Origin: an uncultured Verrucomicrobiae bacterium
GTDB taxonomy: Bacteria; Chlamydiota; Chlamydiia; Chlamydiales; Rhabdochlamydiaceae
Length of the DNA stretch: 64,000 nt
Reading direction: 5' to 3'
Assembly (NCBI GenBank): GCA_963818965.1
Contig: CAWFUG010000009.1
Coordinates: 1-64,000 of the forward strand
The position numbers were made by a program, and so were the translations under genes. Under the pieces are notes generated by a model, which did not search any database, was not told where the DNA came from, and saw only the letters and a list, made by a program, of their open reading frames with translations. Of this stretch, positions 9,902 through 43,501 are shown one piece after another (positions within the stretch are counted from its first letter, which is position 1; each line of letters starts with the position of its first letter).

Positions 9902-11962
9902 GTGAAAATTTACCCTGCTTTTGACTTGAGCGATGATCCCAATCATCTCTCTTTTGTGACCTCTATTGAACAATTGTTCGATGTTATTTTGCCGCAAGAA
10001 ATTTCAGTGTTGCAAGAAAATCCAGATCTGTTTTTGAAGCAATTGTCTGAAATGCTCCCTTTTCTTTCGAGTGCACAACTCAAAGAGGGAGGGAATGCCT
10101 TTCGCGTCGTCTTTTTGAGCGATGCGGCTTACACACATGGAACGGGTCGATTTTTATCGGACGCACTCAGCCGCCGTTTGATCCCTGGAAAAATCGTCGA
10201 AATCGTCGGAACGCGGACGTTGAGTTTTCATTTCTTTCCCCATTACAAAAGGGAATTCCTCTTCAGTGAGCGGTGGATCATGGCCAATTGCAAAGAGGAG
10301 ATCCCGTTCATTGAGCAAAGACTGCCCCGTTTTATCGAAGAGTTGCGCCTCACTTTCCTCTCAATCGTCAGAGCGCGTCGCTTCCTCTCTTTAAAACCGG
10401 AGAAGTGGGAAGGCAAAGAGATTCTGTTGCCAGAGATTCGCCACCTTTCGACTTTTGAAGAGATGCAGCAGATCGTGCAGCGTTTGAGTGCGGAAAAGAC
10501 GATGGGGGAGATCCGTCATGCGATCGCTCCTTTTTATCAGAGGCGGCCGAAAATTTTCGATCGAGATATCTTTGAGGAGATGAAGGCGAGCCTTGCGTTC
10601 TACGATGAGGCATTTATCGGTAAACGCCCAGCAAAAGATGTAGCGCGACTCATCTGTTACCACTTCTACTTTCAAAAGCAGCTGGCCGTATTGCGAGAGG
10701 AAAAACCTTTTAAGCGCCATCTGCTGCTCAAAATTTTCAGAAAGAAGGGAAGGGTCGGGATTTTAGTTCTATTGAATCTCTTTAGAGAAAATGAACTCCT
10801 CAAAAAACAGCATCTTTTACAAGCGCTTTCTCAGTGTGTAAAGGAGTTGAAAGAAATAGAGGGATCTTTCCTGATGGACACGAGTACCCCTTCCCGTCTC
10901 TTTTTTTACATCGAGATCGAAAATATCAATTTTAGCATGGAGGAGTTACAGGTTCTTAAAGCGAAGCTGCCCTTAGAGCTGAAAAAATCGATCCAGCGCA
11001 CAGCAAACCCGCTCTTCATGTTGCGCAATGAAGAGGATCAGATGCGTCATTTGATTGCACTTAGCCGAGAAATTCGCTGTTCTAATGATATTCCTCAGCT
11101 CGTCATCTCTTTTGAAGAGCAGACAGAGGAGTCTCTGATTTTTTCCGTCATCCTCGTCCGCATTCTAAAAAGAAGGACTGCGCCCTTAAAACAACTGCTC
11201 TTAAACCTTCCCCTAAAGACATCTCTTCGCGAGAACAAGATCGTGGGTCGCATACGCAAATACCCCAAAGAGGCCTCTACTTTCCGCGCTTCTCTTGTTA
11301 AAAAAGACTACCTGAGAAAGGATCACTCGCTCGATCTTCCGCGAGCGAGGCAAACGCTTCTTAAGGATTTGAGTTTGCATTTTGGTCCTGTGCGCGATTA
11401 CAATGGAGGGCTTCTTTCGAAACAACTCGAATCGCTGCATGCTTTGCAAATGTCATTGGGTCCTTTGGCAGATTCCAATGCATTGACTCTCGAAAATTTC
11501 TTCTTCTCGATCGAGCCGCTTTCTTTTCAGATGACTTTGCCAGTAGCTCAATTAAAAGAAGGGTTTCTCTTACTCTTAAATCTCATGGAGACGAATACTT
11601 CTCATCAGATCGGTGCGACTGCGGCCGGATTTATGACGACGAGTGCCAAAAAGAGGCAAAACACGCGCGCCTTTCTCGAAGCGACGCGGGAGAGTTTCCC
11701 CGACAGCGCTTATTCTCTCACGCATGTGCACGATTTCTTTTGCTGTATTCTGTTCATTCCCCAGAAGGATCAAGAAGTTAAAGCTCTGTTTCGCGCTTTT
11801 CTGGAACAGGATCAAAACCTCCGCGATGCCATGGATGGCATTTCACAAGGCGTTTTACCGTCAACCACAGTCCCCGCGCACTTCCATGCGCTTTCAGTGC
11901 CTCGAGCGCATAGTCGGAACAACTCGGGTAGAACCGGCAGCAGTTCCCCAGCATCGGGCTGA
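9902..11962 (+). CDS. Conserved hypothetical protein (chlamydial-type, divergent from oppA)
   Basis: 686 aa ORF with MLRNEED and VRDYNGG motifs; 3' end overlaps yidD by 185 nt, so the end is uncertain. Confidence 0.7.
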   Translation: MKIYPAFDLSDDPNHLSFVTSIEQLFDVILPQEISVLQENPDLFLKQLSEMLPFLSSAQLKEGGNAFRVVFLSDAAYTHGTGRFLSDALSRRLIPGKIVEIVGTRTLSFHFFPHYKREFLFSERWIMANCKEEIPFIEQRLPRFIEELRLTFLSIVRARRFLSLKPEKWEGKEILLPEIRHLSTFEEMQQIVQRLSAEKTMGEIRHAIAPFYQRRPKIFDRDIFEEMKASLAFYDEAFIGKRPAKDVARLICYHFYFQKQLAVLREEKPFKRHLLLKIFRKKGRVGILVLLNLFRENELLKKQHLLQALSQCVKELKEIEGSFLMDTSTPSRLFFYIEIENINFSMEELQVLKAKLPLELKKSIQRTANPLFMLRNEEDQMRHLIALSREIRCSNDIPQLVISFEEQTEESLIFSVILVRILKRRTAPLKQLLLNLPLKTSLRENKIVGRIRKYPKEASTFRASLVKKDYLRKDHSLDLPRARQTLLKDLSLHFGPVRDYNGGLLSKQLESLHALQMSLGPLADSNALTLENFFFSIEPLSFQMTLPVAQLKEGFLLLLNLMETNTSHQIGATAAGFMTTSAKKRQNTRAFLEATRESFPDSAYSLTHVHDFFCCILFIPQKDQEVKALFRAFLEQDQNLRDAMDGISQGVLPSTTVPAHFHALSVPRAHSRNNSGRTGSSSPASG

Positions 11963-11999
11963 TGGTTAGTTGGTAGATGCGGATGAGGATGCGTAGCAT
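11778..11999 (-). CDS. yidD: Membrane protein insertion efficiency factor YidD
   Basis: IYQ..ISP...[11 protein letters not shown]...HG...G......KCHPW..GG.DPVP. Confidence 0.96.
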   Translation of the reverse strand: MLRILIRIYQLTISPMLGNCCRFYPSCSDYALEALKAHGSARGLWLTVKRLVKCHPWHRGGFDPVPEKRETEL

Positions 12000-12035
12000 T
12001 TGAATCTGTCTCGATGAAATTTTTTGTAGCTTTTA

Positions 12036-12072
12036 TATACCACAGTCGGCCTCAAACTTGGAATTTGGCCGG
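12036..12072. mobile_element. Half copy (single arm) of TATACC-family element
   Basis: TATACCACAGTCGGCCTCAAACTTGGAATTTGGCCGG; exact reverse complement at 37025-37061. Confidence 0.75.
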
Positions 12073-12087
12073 GTTTGAGATAGGTTC

Positions 12088-12882
12088 TTAAAAAATGTGG
12101 AAGACGTCGCGCAAGGTAGCGAGGAGGACCTCGATGAGGATCAGGAGGACGATGATGAACTCGAGGCGGACGGTGTGGCGATGGTTGACCTCTGTCGAGA
12201 GGATGCCGAAGAGTTCGTAGACGACATTGAGTCTTTTATTAAGCGCTTCGACGCGCTTGACCACATCGAGGTAGTGCGCGGTGCGTCGGTAAAAGGGCTC
12301 GAGCTCTGGATAATTCCAGAAAAATTCAGGGGTGTCTAACACTTCGCTATGCAGGTTAATCGAGTTGCGCTCGAGGAATATCTCTCCCATCTTGCGGGAG
12401 ATCTCTTTTCGGGTGAGGGTGATCTTCCCTTTTTTTGCGAGATCGCTAGGAATTTGGGCGCTCAATTCGATCGTCTTTTGGATGAGATCTTCAAATGTCG
12501 AGAGTTTGACCGATTGGGCAATGCCATGCGAGATGGCAAGTTTTGTCAAAGTGCTCTCGTCGTGTAGCGAGATTTCATCTTCTTCGATCTTGTTATTCTG
12601 TGCGTAGATATAGGAAAATTCGTCGAGTTCTACTTTTAAGAGGCGCTCTTTTTCGAACGGTTTAATGAAGGAGAGCATCTCTAGTTCCTCTTCTTCTGAG
12701 AGGCCCCAGCAGACGAGTACGCCATAGGAGAAATAGAAGACATCTCCTTGGAACCGGTCGTCATCTTTGAGCTTTGTGTGCACGACGTCGCGAAAAAGCT
12801 GCGTCTGTCCCAGCTTTTGAAAGTGCTGGAAAAGGCGAGGGATATCGTAAAAGGCCGCTGTGCAATAACAAGTACATCGCAT
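12088..12882 (-). CDS. RMD1/DUF155 family protein
   Basis: FSYGVLVCWG, ISHGIAQSVKL..FE, LDTPEFFW, RV..LN.RL, RLE.IIV.LI motifs. Confidence 0.9.
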   Translation of the reverse strand: MRCTCYCTAAFYDIPRLFQHFQKLGQTQLFRDVVHTKLKDDDRFQGDVFYFSYGVLVCWGLSEEEELEMLSFIKPFEKERLLKVELDEFSYIYAQNNKIEEDEISLHDESTLTKLAISHGIAQSVKLSTFEDLIQKTIELSAQIPSDLAKKGKITLTRKEISRKMGEIFLERNSINLHSEVLDTPEFFWNYPELEPFYRRTAHYLDVVKRVEALNKRLNVVYELFGILSTEVNHRHTVRLEFIIVLLILIEVLLATLRDVFHIF

Positions 12883-12973
12883 AAAGGACCCTTATAACAG
12901 GCCTCCAATTTTAAAGTCTCGATTTTTCTCGACAGAATTTCGGGAAAAAGTTTAAAGTCTCCACTTCCCTAAT

Positions 12974-13055
12974 GCGGGGGTGGCGGAATTGGTAGACGCG
13001 CTACTTTGAGGTGGTAGTGAGGCAACTTGTAGGGGTTCGAGTCCCCTCTCTCGCA
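12974..13055 (+). tRNA. tRNA-Leu(GAG)
   Basis: GCGGGGGTGGCGGAATTGGTAGAC...CTACT-TTGAGGT-GGTAG...GGTTCGAGTCC...TCGCA; long variable arm. Confidence 0.96.
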
Positions 13056-13116
13056 TCTTTCAGCACATTTTTCAGTATCTTTATTCTTCGAAAGTTCTAC
13101 GCATCATCAAAAAGAA

Positions 13117-36679
<23,563 letters not shown>

Positions 36680-36690
36680 GAACCAATGAC

Positions 36691-36804
36691 CAACTTTTGA
36701 GTCACGTCGGGTATACCAGTCCTCGAAAATAACGTGCATTTGAGAGCGTGAAAGCGCCGGGATTCGACGCAGCTCAAATGCAAGTTATTTTCGGGGATTG
36801 GTAT
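36691..36804. mobile_element. TATACC-family elements (right arm plus a complete ~93-bp palindrome)
   Basis: CTTTTGAGTCACGTCGGGTATA followed by TATACCAGTCCTCGAAAATAAC...GTTATTTTCGGGGATTGGTAT. Confidence 0.75.
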
Positions 36805-36838
36805 TAAGATATAGACAGACTCTTAGTTAAAAAAAAGA

Positions 36839-36935
36839 TTGCATTCAATTTTTGTCTTAACTTATCCTTTCACTAAAAATGTTGAGCCACGTTCCAGTGG
36901 TTTTTTGGGCAGGTCTTATGAGCTTCAAGCGATTC
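36839..36935 (+). pseudogene. Relic of an A-type collagen gene: upstream module plus first six codons
   Basis: TTGCATTCAATTTTTGTCTT...GGCAGGTCTT-ATG AGC TTC AAG CGA TTC matches A3 GGCAGGTTTT-ATG GGC TTT AAG CGA TTT; cut by an element at 36936. Confidence 0.75.
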
Positions 36936-37061
36936 ATACCCGACGTGACTCAAAAGCTGGGTATATATACCGAACGTGACTCAAGAATCGGGATTGGGCC
37001 ATGTCGAACCCCGGAGCTTTCGCGCCGGCCAAATTCCAAGTTTGAGGCCGACTGTGGTATA
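36936..37061. mobile_element. Mosaic cluster of TATACC-family element arms
   Basis: ATACCCGACGTGACTCAAAAG, TATACCGAACGTGACTCAAGAATCGG (also at 43710), and an arm complementary to 12036-12072. Confidence 0.78.
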
Positions 37062-37112
37062 AGATTGAGGTCGAAGGGGTATATAACAATTTTCATTGGG
37101 GGAGTTATTAAA

Positions 37113-38048
37113 ATGAATCGAGTTATTGGAATTTTAGTCTTTTGGATGATAGCCCTAGGGGGAGGGATGTCCTTCCGTTTACAGGCGAATGAATGTGTGA
37201 AGGAAGAGCCCATCGCTAAGAAGTACCAGTTATCCGTGTGTGCGCTCTTTAAAAACGAAGCGCCGTATCTCAAGGAATGGATCGAATACCACAGGCTGGT
37301 CGGTGTCGATCACTTCTATTTGTACAATAATGAAAGCCGAGACCAGTTTTTGCAGGTATTATTTCCCTATATCCGAGAAGGAATCGTGACACTTGTGCAT
37401 TGGCCCGATCGGATGCCCAATGTTGAAGGAGAGCAATCTTCTCACTGGGCATTGAGCACTCAGGTGCCCGCCTATGAACATGCGCTTAAAGTGAGAGCTG
37501 AAAAAGAGACGAAGTGGGTGGCTTTTCTCGACATCGATGAGTTTTTGGTTCCTGTAAATGCGAATAAGGTCTCCGATTTCTTGGAATATTACGCAGCATA
37601 CCCGGGTGTAGAATTGCAAAGTGATCATTTCGATGCCTCTGAAGTCGGCGTATTTCCAACGAAAAACCTACTCATCTCCGTAGCAGAGCTCACAGCCGAA
37701 ACGCCGCGAAATGTCCGCACGAGCATCAACAAGACAATCTTCAAGCCCGATGAACAAGTCTCATTTACGTGGCCTCCCTATCGATGCAATTTTAAGGACG
37801 GTAGGTCTGCCGCAATACCTAGTAAAAAAGAGCTGCGCATCAACAAATATGAGAATCGCCGTAAGGGGGCATTGCACTTTGGGAAAATACAAGAAAAATT
37901 GCGGATCGACAACCGCTATCTCACTGAAAAAGAGACGAAAGACCTTCTCGATCGAGGATTTAAAATTGAAGACCAGGAAAAGGTAATCTGTCGCTTTGAG
38001 AAACCCCTGCGCAAACAGCTCGGATTGGATACCGGCTGGGAGTGGTAA
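37113..38048 (+). CDS. Glycosyltransferase family 92 (DUF23)-like protein with N-terminal signal/anchor
   Basis: LSVCALFKNEAPYLKEWIEYH..VGVDHFYLYNN.S.D and WVAFLDIDEFL (DxD); GGGGGAG RBS before ATG 37113. Confidence 0.88.
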   Translation: MNRVIGILVFWMIALGGGMSFRLQANECVKEEPIAKKYQLSVCALFKNEAPYLKEWIEYHRLVGVDHFYLYNNESRDQFLQVLFPYIREGIVTLVHWPDRMPNVEGEQSSHWALSTQVPAYEHALKVRAEKETKWVAFLDIDEFLVPVNANKVSDFLEYYAAYPGVELQSDHFDASEVGVFPTKNLLISVAELTAETPRNVRTSINKTIFKPDEQVSFTWPPYRCNFKDGRSAAIPSKKELRINKYENRRKGALHFGKIQEKLRIDNRYLTEKETKDLLDRGFKIEDQEKVICRFEKPLRKQLGLDTGWEW

Positions 38049-38088
38049 ACTTTTAAAAACCAAACGAACTTTTTTGTGGAGGAAAAGA

Positions 38089-39645
38089 ATGAGAGGATTC
38101 ATTTTAGCACTGGTATTTTTTCCTTTGCTTGTTTTTGGAATCGGGTTTCAGCCGCCAGATACTCTTTCTACAGCGGGTCAAAATGCCTCTAGCGTGCAAG
38201 TAGGTGTCGATCCCAATGGGAATATCGTTGCAGTATGGGTTGAAAATGCGATTGTCAAGTCAAATAACGGAACGATTTCAGGCGGTTGGGGAGGGACGAT
38301 CAATACACTCTCAGGCTCTAGTGCATCGAACCCCGAAGTCCAAATCGATCTCAATGGATTGGCAACGGCGATTTGGATAGAGAATGGAGTCATCGAATCG
38401 GCATCGCAACCTTTGAATGGGAGTTGGTCTGCTGAAGGGGCAATTTCAGGTTCGAGTGCCTCCTCGCCACAGCTCGCTATCGATTCCAACGGAAATTTAG
38501 TCGCTGTGTGGTTAGAAGCAAATGTAGTCAAATCGGCGACAAAGCTCATTGGGGGATCGTGGTCGGCGACGCCTGATGTGCTCTCTTTAAGTGGTGCGAG
38601 CGTGCCACAGGTCGCAATCGGCACCAATGGGACAGTCGTCGCTGTCTGGCAAGAGACAGTGAGCGGCACCCCGGCAATCTACGCTACCTTTAAGTCACTC
38701 AGCGGCACTTGGGGGACAGCTTCTCAGATTTCGACAGCGAGCGTCGCCAGCGCTTATCCACAAATTACAGTGGATTCAAATGGCAATGCAACGGCGATTT
38801 GGTTTTCCTACTCTTTGAGTGGATCTACTTACTCCAACGTCATCGTCGAAGCTGCCAGCCTCCCTTCTGGAGGCGCGTGGGGATCTCCCATCGCTCTCTC
38901 GTCAGCAGGTGTTAAAGACCCATCGACCCTGACCTCTTGTGTCATCGCTACACCACTCGGTGACGTCCTGGCTGCTTGGGCAAATAGCTACGACCAAATG
39001 AATTTCGTCATCGAATCGAGTGTTTTAACTGAAGGAACGTGGACAAAAGTTCCATCGATCACGGGCTATAATCTGCTCTCTTATGCCCTAGCTTTAGGGG
39101 TAGATAGTAATGGAGAGGTAGGGATGAGCTACATGTATTACGACATACCTAGCGCCTCTCTGATCATTCTAGCGGCCTTAAATCCGACAAGAGCTGTCAT
39201 GCCTGTGTTTTACAATCCCGTTACTCTCTCGACCAGTGGGAATAATGGATTCCCTGTTTGCGGAACACAAACCTCTTCATCGGATGACATTTTTATACTA
39301 ATCGGCTGGATCAACTCCAACGGCTCTATCAATTCGATACAGGCGACACGGGGACAGTTTGTGATGATCCAACCGGCAAGTAGCCTAAACGTCGTGCGGC
39401 AAGTTCAAAATTTTGGGGTTTTAACGGAGCAAGAGAACCTCTTTACTTGGACGGCGAGCCCCTCGGCAAATATTATATCCTATAGCATCTTTCGCAACGG
39501 GCAAATTATCACAGCAATACCAGCATCTAGCCTACAGTACACGGATACCAATCGCCCTTTGCATGAGACGGTGACCTATGGGGTTGCAGCCACCGATATT
39601 ACGGGATGTCAAAGTCCTACAGTGTCGTTTGTGTTTTCCAATTAA
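38089..39645 (+). CDS. Secreted beta-propeller-like repeat protein with C-terminal FN3-like domain
   Basis: Signal peptide; repeated PQ(I/L/V)x(V/I)DxNGNxxA(V/I)W...W units; C-terminal TW.AS...YSIFRNG...YTD...TYGV.A. Confidence 0.8.
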   Translation: MRGFILALVFFPLLVFGIGFQPPDTLSTAGQNASSVQVGVDPNGNIVAVWVENAIVKSNNGTISGGWGGTINTLSGSSASNPEVQIDLNGLATAIWIENGVIESASQPLNGSWSAEGAISGSSASSPQLAIDSNGNLVAVWLEANVVKSATKLIGGSWSATPDVLSLSGASVPQVAIGTNGTVVAVWQETVSGTPAIYATFKSLSGTWGTASQISTASVASAYPQITVDSNGNATAIWFSYSLSGSTYSNVIVEAASLPSGGAWGSPIALSSAGVKDPSTLTSCVIATPLGDVLAAWANSYDQMNFVIESSVLTEGTWTKVPSITGYNLLSYALALGVDSNGEVGMSYMYYDIPSASLIILAALNPTRAVMPVFYNPVTLSTSGNNGFPVCGTQTSSSDDIFILIGWINSNGSINSIQATRGQFVMIQPASSLNVVRQVQNFGVLTEQENLFTWTASPSANIISYSIFRNGQIITAIPASSLQYTDTNRPLHETVTYGVAATDITGCQSPTVSFVFSN

Positions 39646-39672
39646 TACACCAAACTTAAGGAGGGTGTTATT

Positions 39673-40086
39673 ATGATGAAGAAATCGTTGTTCTTATTGT
39701 CGGCTTTGCTCTTTTCCGGAAGCGCTTTTTGCTCTGGGCCTACCTATTCACAGGTAGTCACAGCAGGCGATTTTGCCTATGTGTCTGCTCAATTGCCCAT
39801 TGACCCAACGACGGGAAAGATCGTGCAGGGAGACATCACTACTTTGACGAATTTAGTCATCGACCATATCCAACACGAATTACACGTCAAAGGATTTACG
39901 TTGAAACAGGTCATCAAAACAGAAGTGTCGCTCTATGACATTAGAGATTATGACCAAATGGATGCAGCGTATGGGCTGAGATTTAATTTCACCTATCCTC
40001 CTGCGCGTGACGTGATACAAGCGGCTAATCTCCCTTCCAATGCTTCGATTCAAATCTCTTGCATCGCTTATAGACTAAGAGCTTAA
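39673..40086 (+). CDS. Rid (YjgF/YER057c/UK114) family protein with N-terminal signal peptide
   Basis: YSQ, YVSAQLPIDP.TG, VIKTEV.L.D, PPAR, LP....IQISCIAY; GGAGG RBS. Confidence 0.85.
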   Translation: MMKKSLFLLSALLFSGSAFCSGPTYSQVVTAGDFAYVSAQLPIDPTTGKIVQGDITTLTNLVIDHIQHELHVKGFTLKQVIKTEVSLYDIRDYDQMDAAYGLRFNFTYPPARDVIQAANLPSNASIQISCIAYRLRA

Positions 40087-40124
40087 AAAAAAGACCTCCC
40101 CCTTTTGGGGGAGGTCCTCTTTCT
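40085..40124. terminator. Intrinsic terminator between convergent genes
   Basis: A8-GACCTCCCCC-TTTT-GGGGGAGGTC; strong U-tract on the minus strand. Confidence 0.85.
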
Positions 40125-40140
40125 GATGCCTTAATATTTT

Positions 40141-41721
40141 TTAAGGGAAAGAAACGGAAACGGGAAGGCTCGCTGTTCCCGAGTTGTCGATCGATCTCAC
40201 ATCATAGGTAACGGAACCTCCTACCACCTGATTATGATCGGTATAAGAGAGATTTGTGTAATAGATCTCCGTCAATAGGACTCCATCTCTGATGATGGCG
40301 TAATCCAATATGTTAGGATCTGTGCTCGCATCCCACGACAGGACGTTGTAATACTCTTGGAAGACGCCAAAATCGTTGACATCTTGAACCACTGTCAGAT
40401 TCGAAGGAGGTGCGATGAGAGTCCCCGATCCTGTGGATGTTTGAATCACCGTATTCGATCCGTCGAAATTCACCCAGACGGCATTGCCATAGGTGTTACT
40501 TCCTACAATCATCGCTGCATTTTGAGGATACCCGTTATTAGTCCCTGAATTTGAAATGATCACGTCTGCTGTCCAGAAATCGGTATTGATGTCACCGACG
40601 TGCGATTCTAATGTGTTGATTGCGACGTCGCCCGTTGAAGGATCAGTTGCCATATAGATCCCAAACACATCTCCACCCGTTGTAATCGCGATATCTCCCG
40701 CGTAAGCATAGAGATCTTCTGTGATCAAGAGCGGTTGCCCCCACGTGATGAGATTCGGGCTTTGAGCGGAGAAGAGATCGAAATAAGGCTCGTCGATTGA
40801 GTTAGCTGAATCTGTCCATAACGCGATCGCATTGCCATTGTTCGCAAAGAGCAGTTTAGAAAAAAGCAGAGAGGCATCTCGCGTCGACGTATTGGAAATA
40901 GTGATCGGAGAGGACCACGCGCCTCCTATAAGCAGAGCGGAAGAGTCCAGTGTAATAGAGATGTCACCGAGTGGTGAAGTGATCGTACCAAACCAAATCA
41001 CCAGTGCATCCCCATCTGCATCGGCAGCGACTTGAGGATAAGTGCTATCGACAGCTGGATCGGAAAGCATTGCGGGAGACAGGCCCCACGAACCGGCAAT
41101 TGGCTTTGTATTTGCTTGGACGTTGTTAAGAGAGGTCATTCCATCGAGCTGGTGCCACGCAGCAATCACTAAGCCCGTACTCCCTATAGCGACCTGAGGA
41201 GAACTTGCATTGGATCCAGATAAAATATCCACCGCAGACCAACTTCCTCCAAAGGGCAGAGTAGCTGATTGAACGACTCCGCTCGCTAACCAGACAGCGA
41301 CGACATTTCCAGTCGTATCCACTGCGAGTTGAGGCATGCTCGACCCGGAAGCGGATAGGGTCGTCGAACCGCTCCAAGAGCCTCCAGAAGGCTGGCTCGC
41401 GGCTTCAATGGCTCCTCCTTGGTTCCAAATCGCCGTTGCATTTCCTGCGGCATCGACGACGAGTTGAGGCGTGGTAGCTCCCGAACTAGAGAGCGCTGAA
41501 GCAGTACCCCAACTTCCTCCGAAAGGTAAATTACTCGATTTGACGACACCGTCTTCCAACCAAACAGAGACAGCGTTTGCACTGCTATCCATTCCGATGC
41601 TGGGATTAATAGAATTCACTCCCGTCGTGGAGATCGTCGTGGGACTAGACCAAGTGTCGATCTGATTTCCCGTTAAATGCAGACAAAAACAAAGTGATAA
41701 TGCGCACACTATTTTTTTCAT
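40141..41721 (-). CDS. Secreted beta-propeller-like/FN3-like protein, tandem copy 2
   Basis: 526 aa; signal peptide; PQLxVDxxGNxxAxW repeats; C-terminal LSWDAS...YAIIRDG...YTD...TYDV. Confidence 0.82.
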   Translation of the reverse strand: MKKIVCALSLCFCLHLTGNQIDTWSSPTTISTTGVNSINPSIGMDSSANAVSVWLEDGVVKSSNLPFGGSWGTASALSSSGATTPQLVVDAAGNATAIWNQGGAIEAASQPSGGSWSGSTTLSASGSSMPQLAVDTTGNVVAVWLASGVVQSATLPFGGSWSAVDILSGSNASSPQVAIGSTGLVIAAWHQLDGMTSLNNVQANTKPIAGSWGLSPAMLSDPAVDSTYPQVAADADGDALVIWFGTITSPLGDISITLDSSALLIGGAWSSPITISNTSTRDASLLFSKLLFANNGNAIALWTDSANSIDEPYFDLFSAQSPNLITWGQPLLITEDLYAYAGDIAITTGGDVFGIYMATDPSTGDVAINTLESHVGDINTDFWTADVIISNSGTNNGYPQNAAMIVGSNTYGNAVWVNFDGSNTVIQTSTGSGTLIAPPSNLTVVQDVNDFGVFQEYYNVLSWDASTDPNILDYAIIRDGVLLTEIYYTNLSYTDHNQVVGGSVTYDVRSIDNSGTASLPVSVSFP

Positions 41722-41872
41722 ACGGATACCGCTATTGAAAGCCCTTCTCCAAATGCGAAAGGGCTTTTGTGTTTAAAAAACTCCCCCAAAAAAAGCTCTG
41801 AAGGAGCGACCATCAGACCAGAAAAAATATTTTTATTCAAATAAATTTTTTTAATAGAGTGCGGTACGCAAT

Positions 41873-41910
41873 AAAAAAAGACCTCCCCTTTTGGGGGAGG
41901 TCCTCTTTCT
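41873..41910 (-). terminator. Intrinsic terminator, duplicate of 40085-40124
   Basis: A7-GACCTCCCC-TTTTG-GGGGAGGTC; same spacer to the stop codon as the other copy. Confidence 0.85.
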
Positions 41911-41926
41911 GATGCCTTAATATTTT

Positions 41927-43501
41927 TTAAGGGAAAGAAACGGAAACGGGAAGGCTCGCTGTTCCCGAGTTATCGATCGATCTCACATCATAGGTGACGG
42001 AACCACCTTCGACTTGATTATGGTCGGTATAAGAGAGATTTGTGTAATAGATCTCCGTCAATAGGATTCCATCTCTGATGATGGCGTAATCCAATATGTT
42101 AGGATCTGTGCTCGCATCCCACGACAGGACGTTGTAATACTCTTGGAAGACGCCAAAGTCATTGACATCTTGAACCACTGTCAGATTCGAAGGAGGTGCG
42201 ATGAGAGCCCCCGATCCTGTGGATGCTTGAATTATCGTATTCGATCCGTCGTAATTCATCCAGACGGCATTGCCATAGGTGTTGGTCCCTACAATCACCG
42301 CTGCATTTTGAGGATACCCATTATTAGTCCCTGAATTTGAAATGATGACATCTTGTGTCCAGAAATCGGTATTGATGTCACCGACGTGAGATTCTACTGT
42401 GTTGATCGCAACATCGCCCGTCGAAAGATCGGTCGCCATATAGATCCCAAACACATCTCCACCCGTTGTAATCGCGATATCTCCCGTATAAGCATGGAGA
42501 TCTTCCGCGATCAAGAGCGGTTGCCCCCACGTGATGAGATTCGGGCTTTGAGCGGAGAAGAGATCGAAATAAGGCTCGCCAACTGAGGTATCTGAATCTG
42601 TCCATAACGCGATTGCATTGCCATTGTTTGCAAAGCGCAGTTTAGAAAAAAGCAGAGAGGGATCCCGCGTCGACGTGTTGGAAACAGTGACAGGAGAGGA
42701 CCAAGCGCCTCCTATAGGCAGAGCGGAAGAGTCCAGTGTAACAGAGATGTCACCGAGTGGCGAAGTGACCTTACCGAACCAAGTCACCAGTGCATTTCCT
42801 AGCACACAAACAGCAGCTTGGGGATAAGTGCTATCGACAGCTGTATTGGAAACAGTCGCAACGGAAGACCAAGAGCCTCCAATTGTACTCGTCACCCCTT
42901 GAACGTTATTGAGAGAAGTGCTGCCATTGAGCTGGTGCCAAACGGCAAGTACTACCCCGCCGCCGATGGCAACCTGAGGAGCATTTGCATTAGATCCAGA
43001 TAGGGAAGTAACCGAAGACCAACTCCCTCCAAAGGGTAGCGTAGCTGTTTGGACGACTCCGCTCGCTAACCAGACAGCGACGACATTTCCACTCGTATCG
43101 ACTGCGAGCTGAGGAATGCTCGATCCCGAAGCAGCTAGAGTCGTTGCACTACCCCAAGAGCCTCCGAAAGGCTGGCTGGCGGTTTCAATCGCCCCTGCTT
43201 GGTTCCAAATCGCCGTCGCATTTCCTGCGGCATCGACGACGAGTTGAGGCGTGGTAGCTCCTGAACTAGAGAGCGCTGAAGCAGTACCCCAACTTCCTCC
43301 GAAAGGTAGATTACTCGATTTAACGATACCGTTTTCCAGCCAAACAGAGACAGCGTTTGCACTGCTATCCATTCCGATGGTAGGATTAGTAGAATTGACC
43401 CCCGTCGTAGAGATCGTCGTGGGACTAGACCAAGTATCGATCTGGTTCCCTGTCAAATGTAGACAAAGACAAAGTGATAATGCGCACACTATTTTTTTCA
43501 T
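41927..43501 (-). CDS. Secreted beta-propeller-like/FN3-like protein, tandem copy 1
   Basis: 524 aa; highly similar to 40141-41721 throughout. Confidence 0.82.
   Translation of the reverse strand: MKKIVCALSLCLCLHLTGNQIDTWSSPTTISTTGVNSTNPTIGMDSSANAVSVWLENGIVKSSNLPFGGSWGTASALSSSGATTPQLVVDAAGNATAIWNQAGAIETASQPFGGSWGSATTLAASGSSIPQLAVDTSGNVVAVWLASGVVQTATLPFGGSWSSVTSLSGSNANAPQVAIGGGVVLAVWHQLNGSTSLNNVQGVTSTIGGSWSSVATVSNTAVDSTYPQAAVCVLGNALVTWFGKVTSPLGDISVTLDSSALPIGGAWSSPVTVSNTSTRDPSLLFSKLRFANNGNAIALWTDSDTSVGEPYFDLFSAQSPNLITWGQPLLIAEDLHAYTGDIAITTGGDVFGIYMATDLSTGDVAINTVESHVGDINTDFWTQDVIISNSGTNNGYPQNAAVIVGTNTYGNAVWMNYDGSNTIIQASTGSGALIAPPSNLTVVQDVNDFGVFQEYYNVLSWDASTDPNILDYAIIRDGILLTEIYYTNLSYTDHNQVEGGSVTYDVRSIDNSGTASLPVSVSFP

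Noticed and set aside
36879..37112. 78-aa N-terminal extension of the GT92 ORF
   Set aside because: It reads through the relic upstream module and palindromic elements. ATG 37113 has an RBS and is followed by a signal-like sequence.
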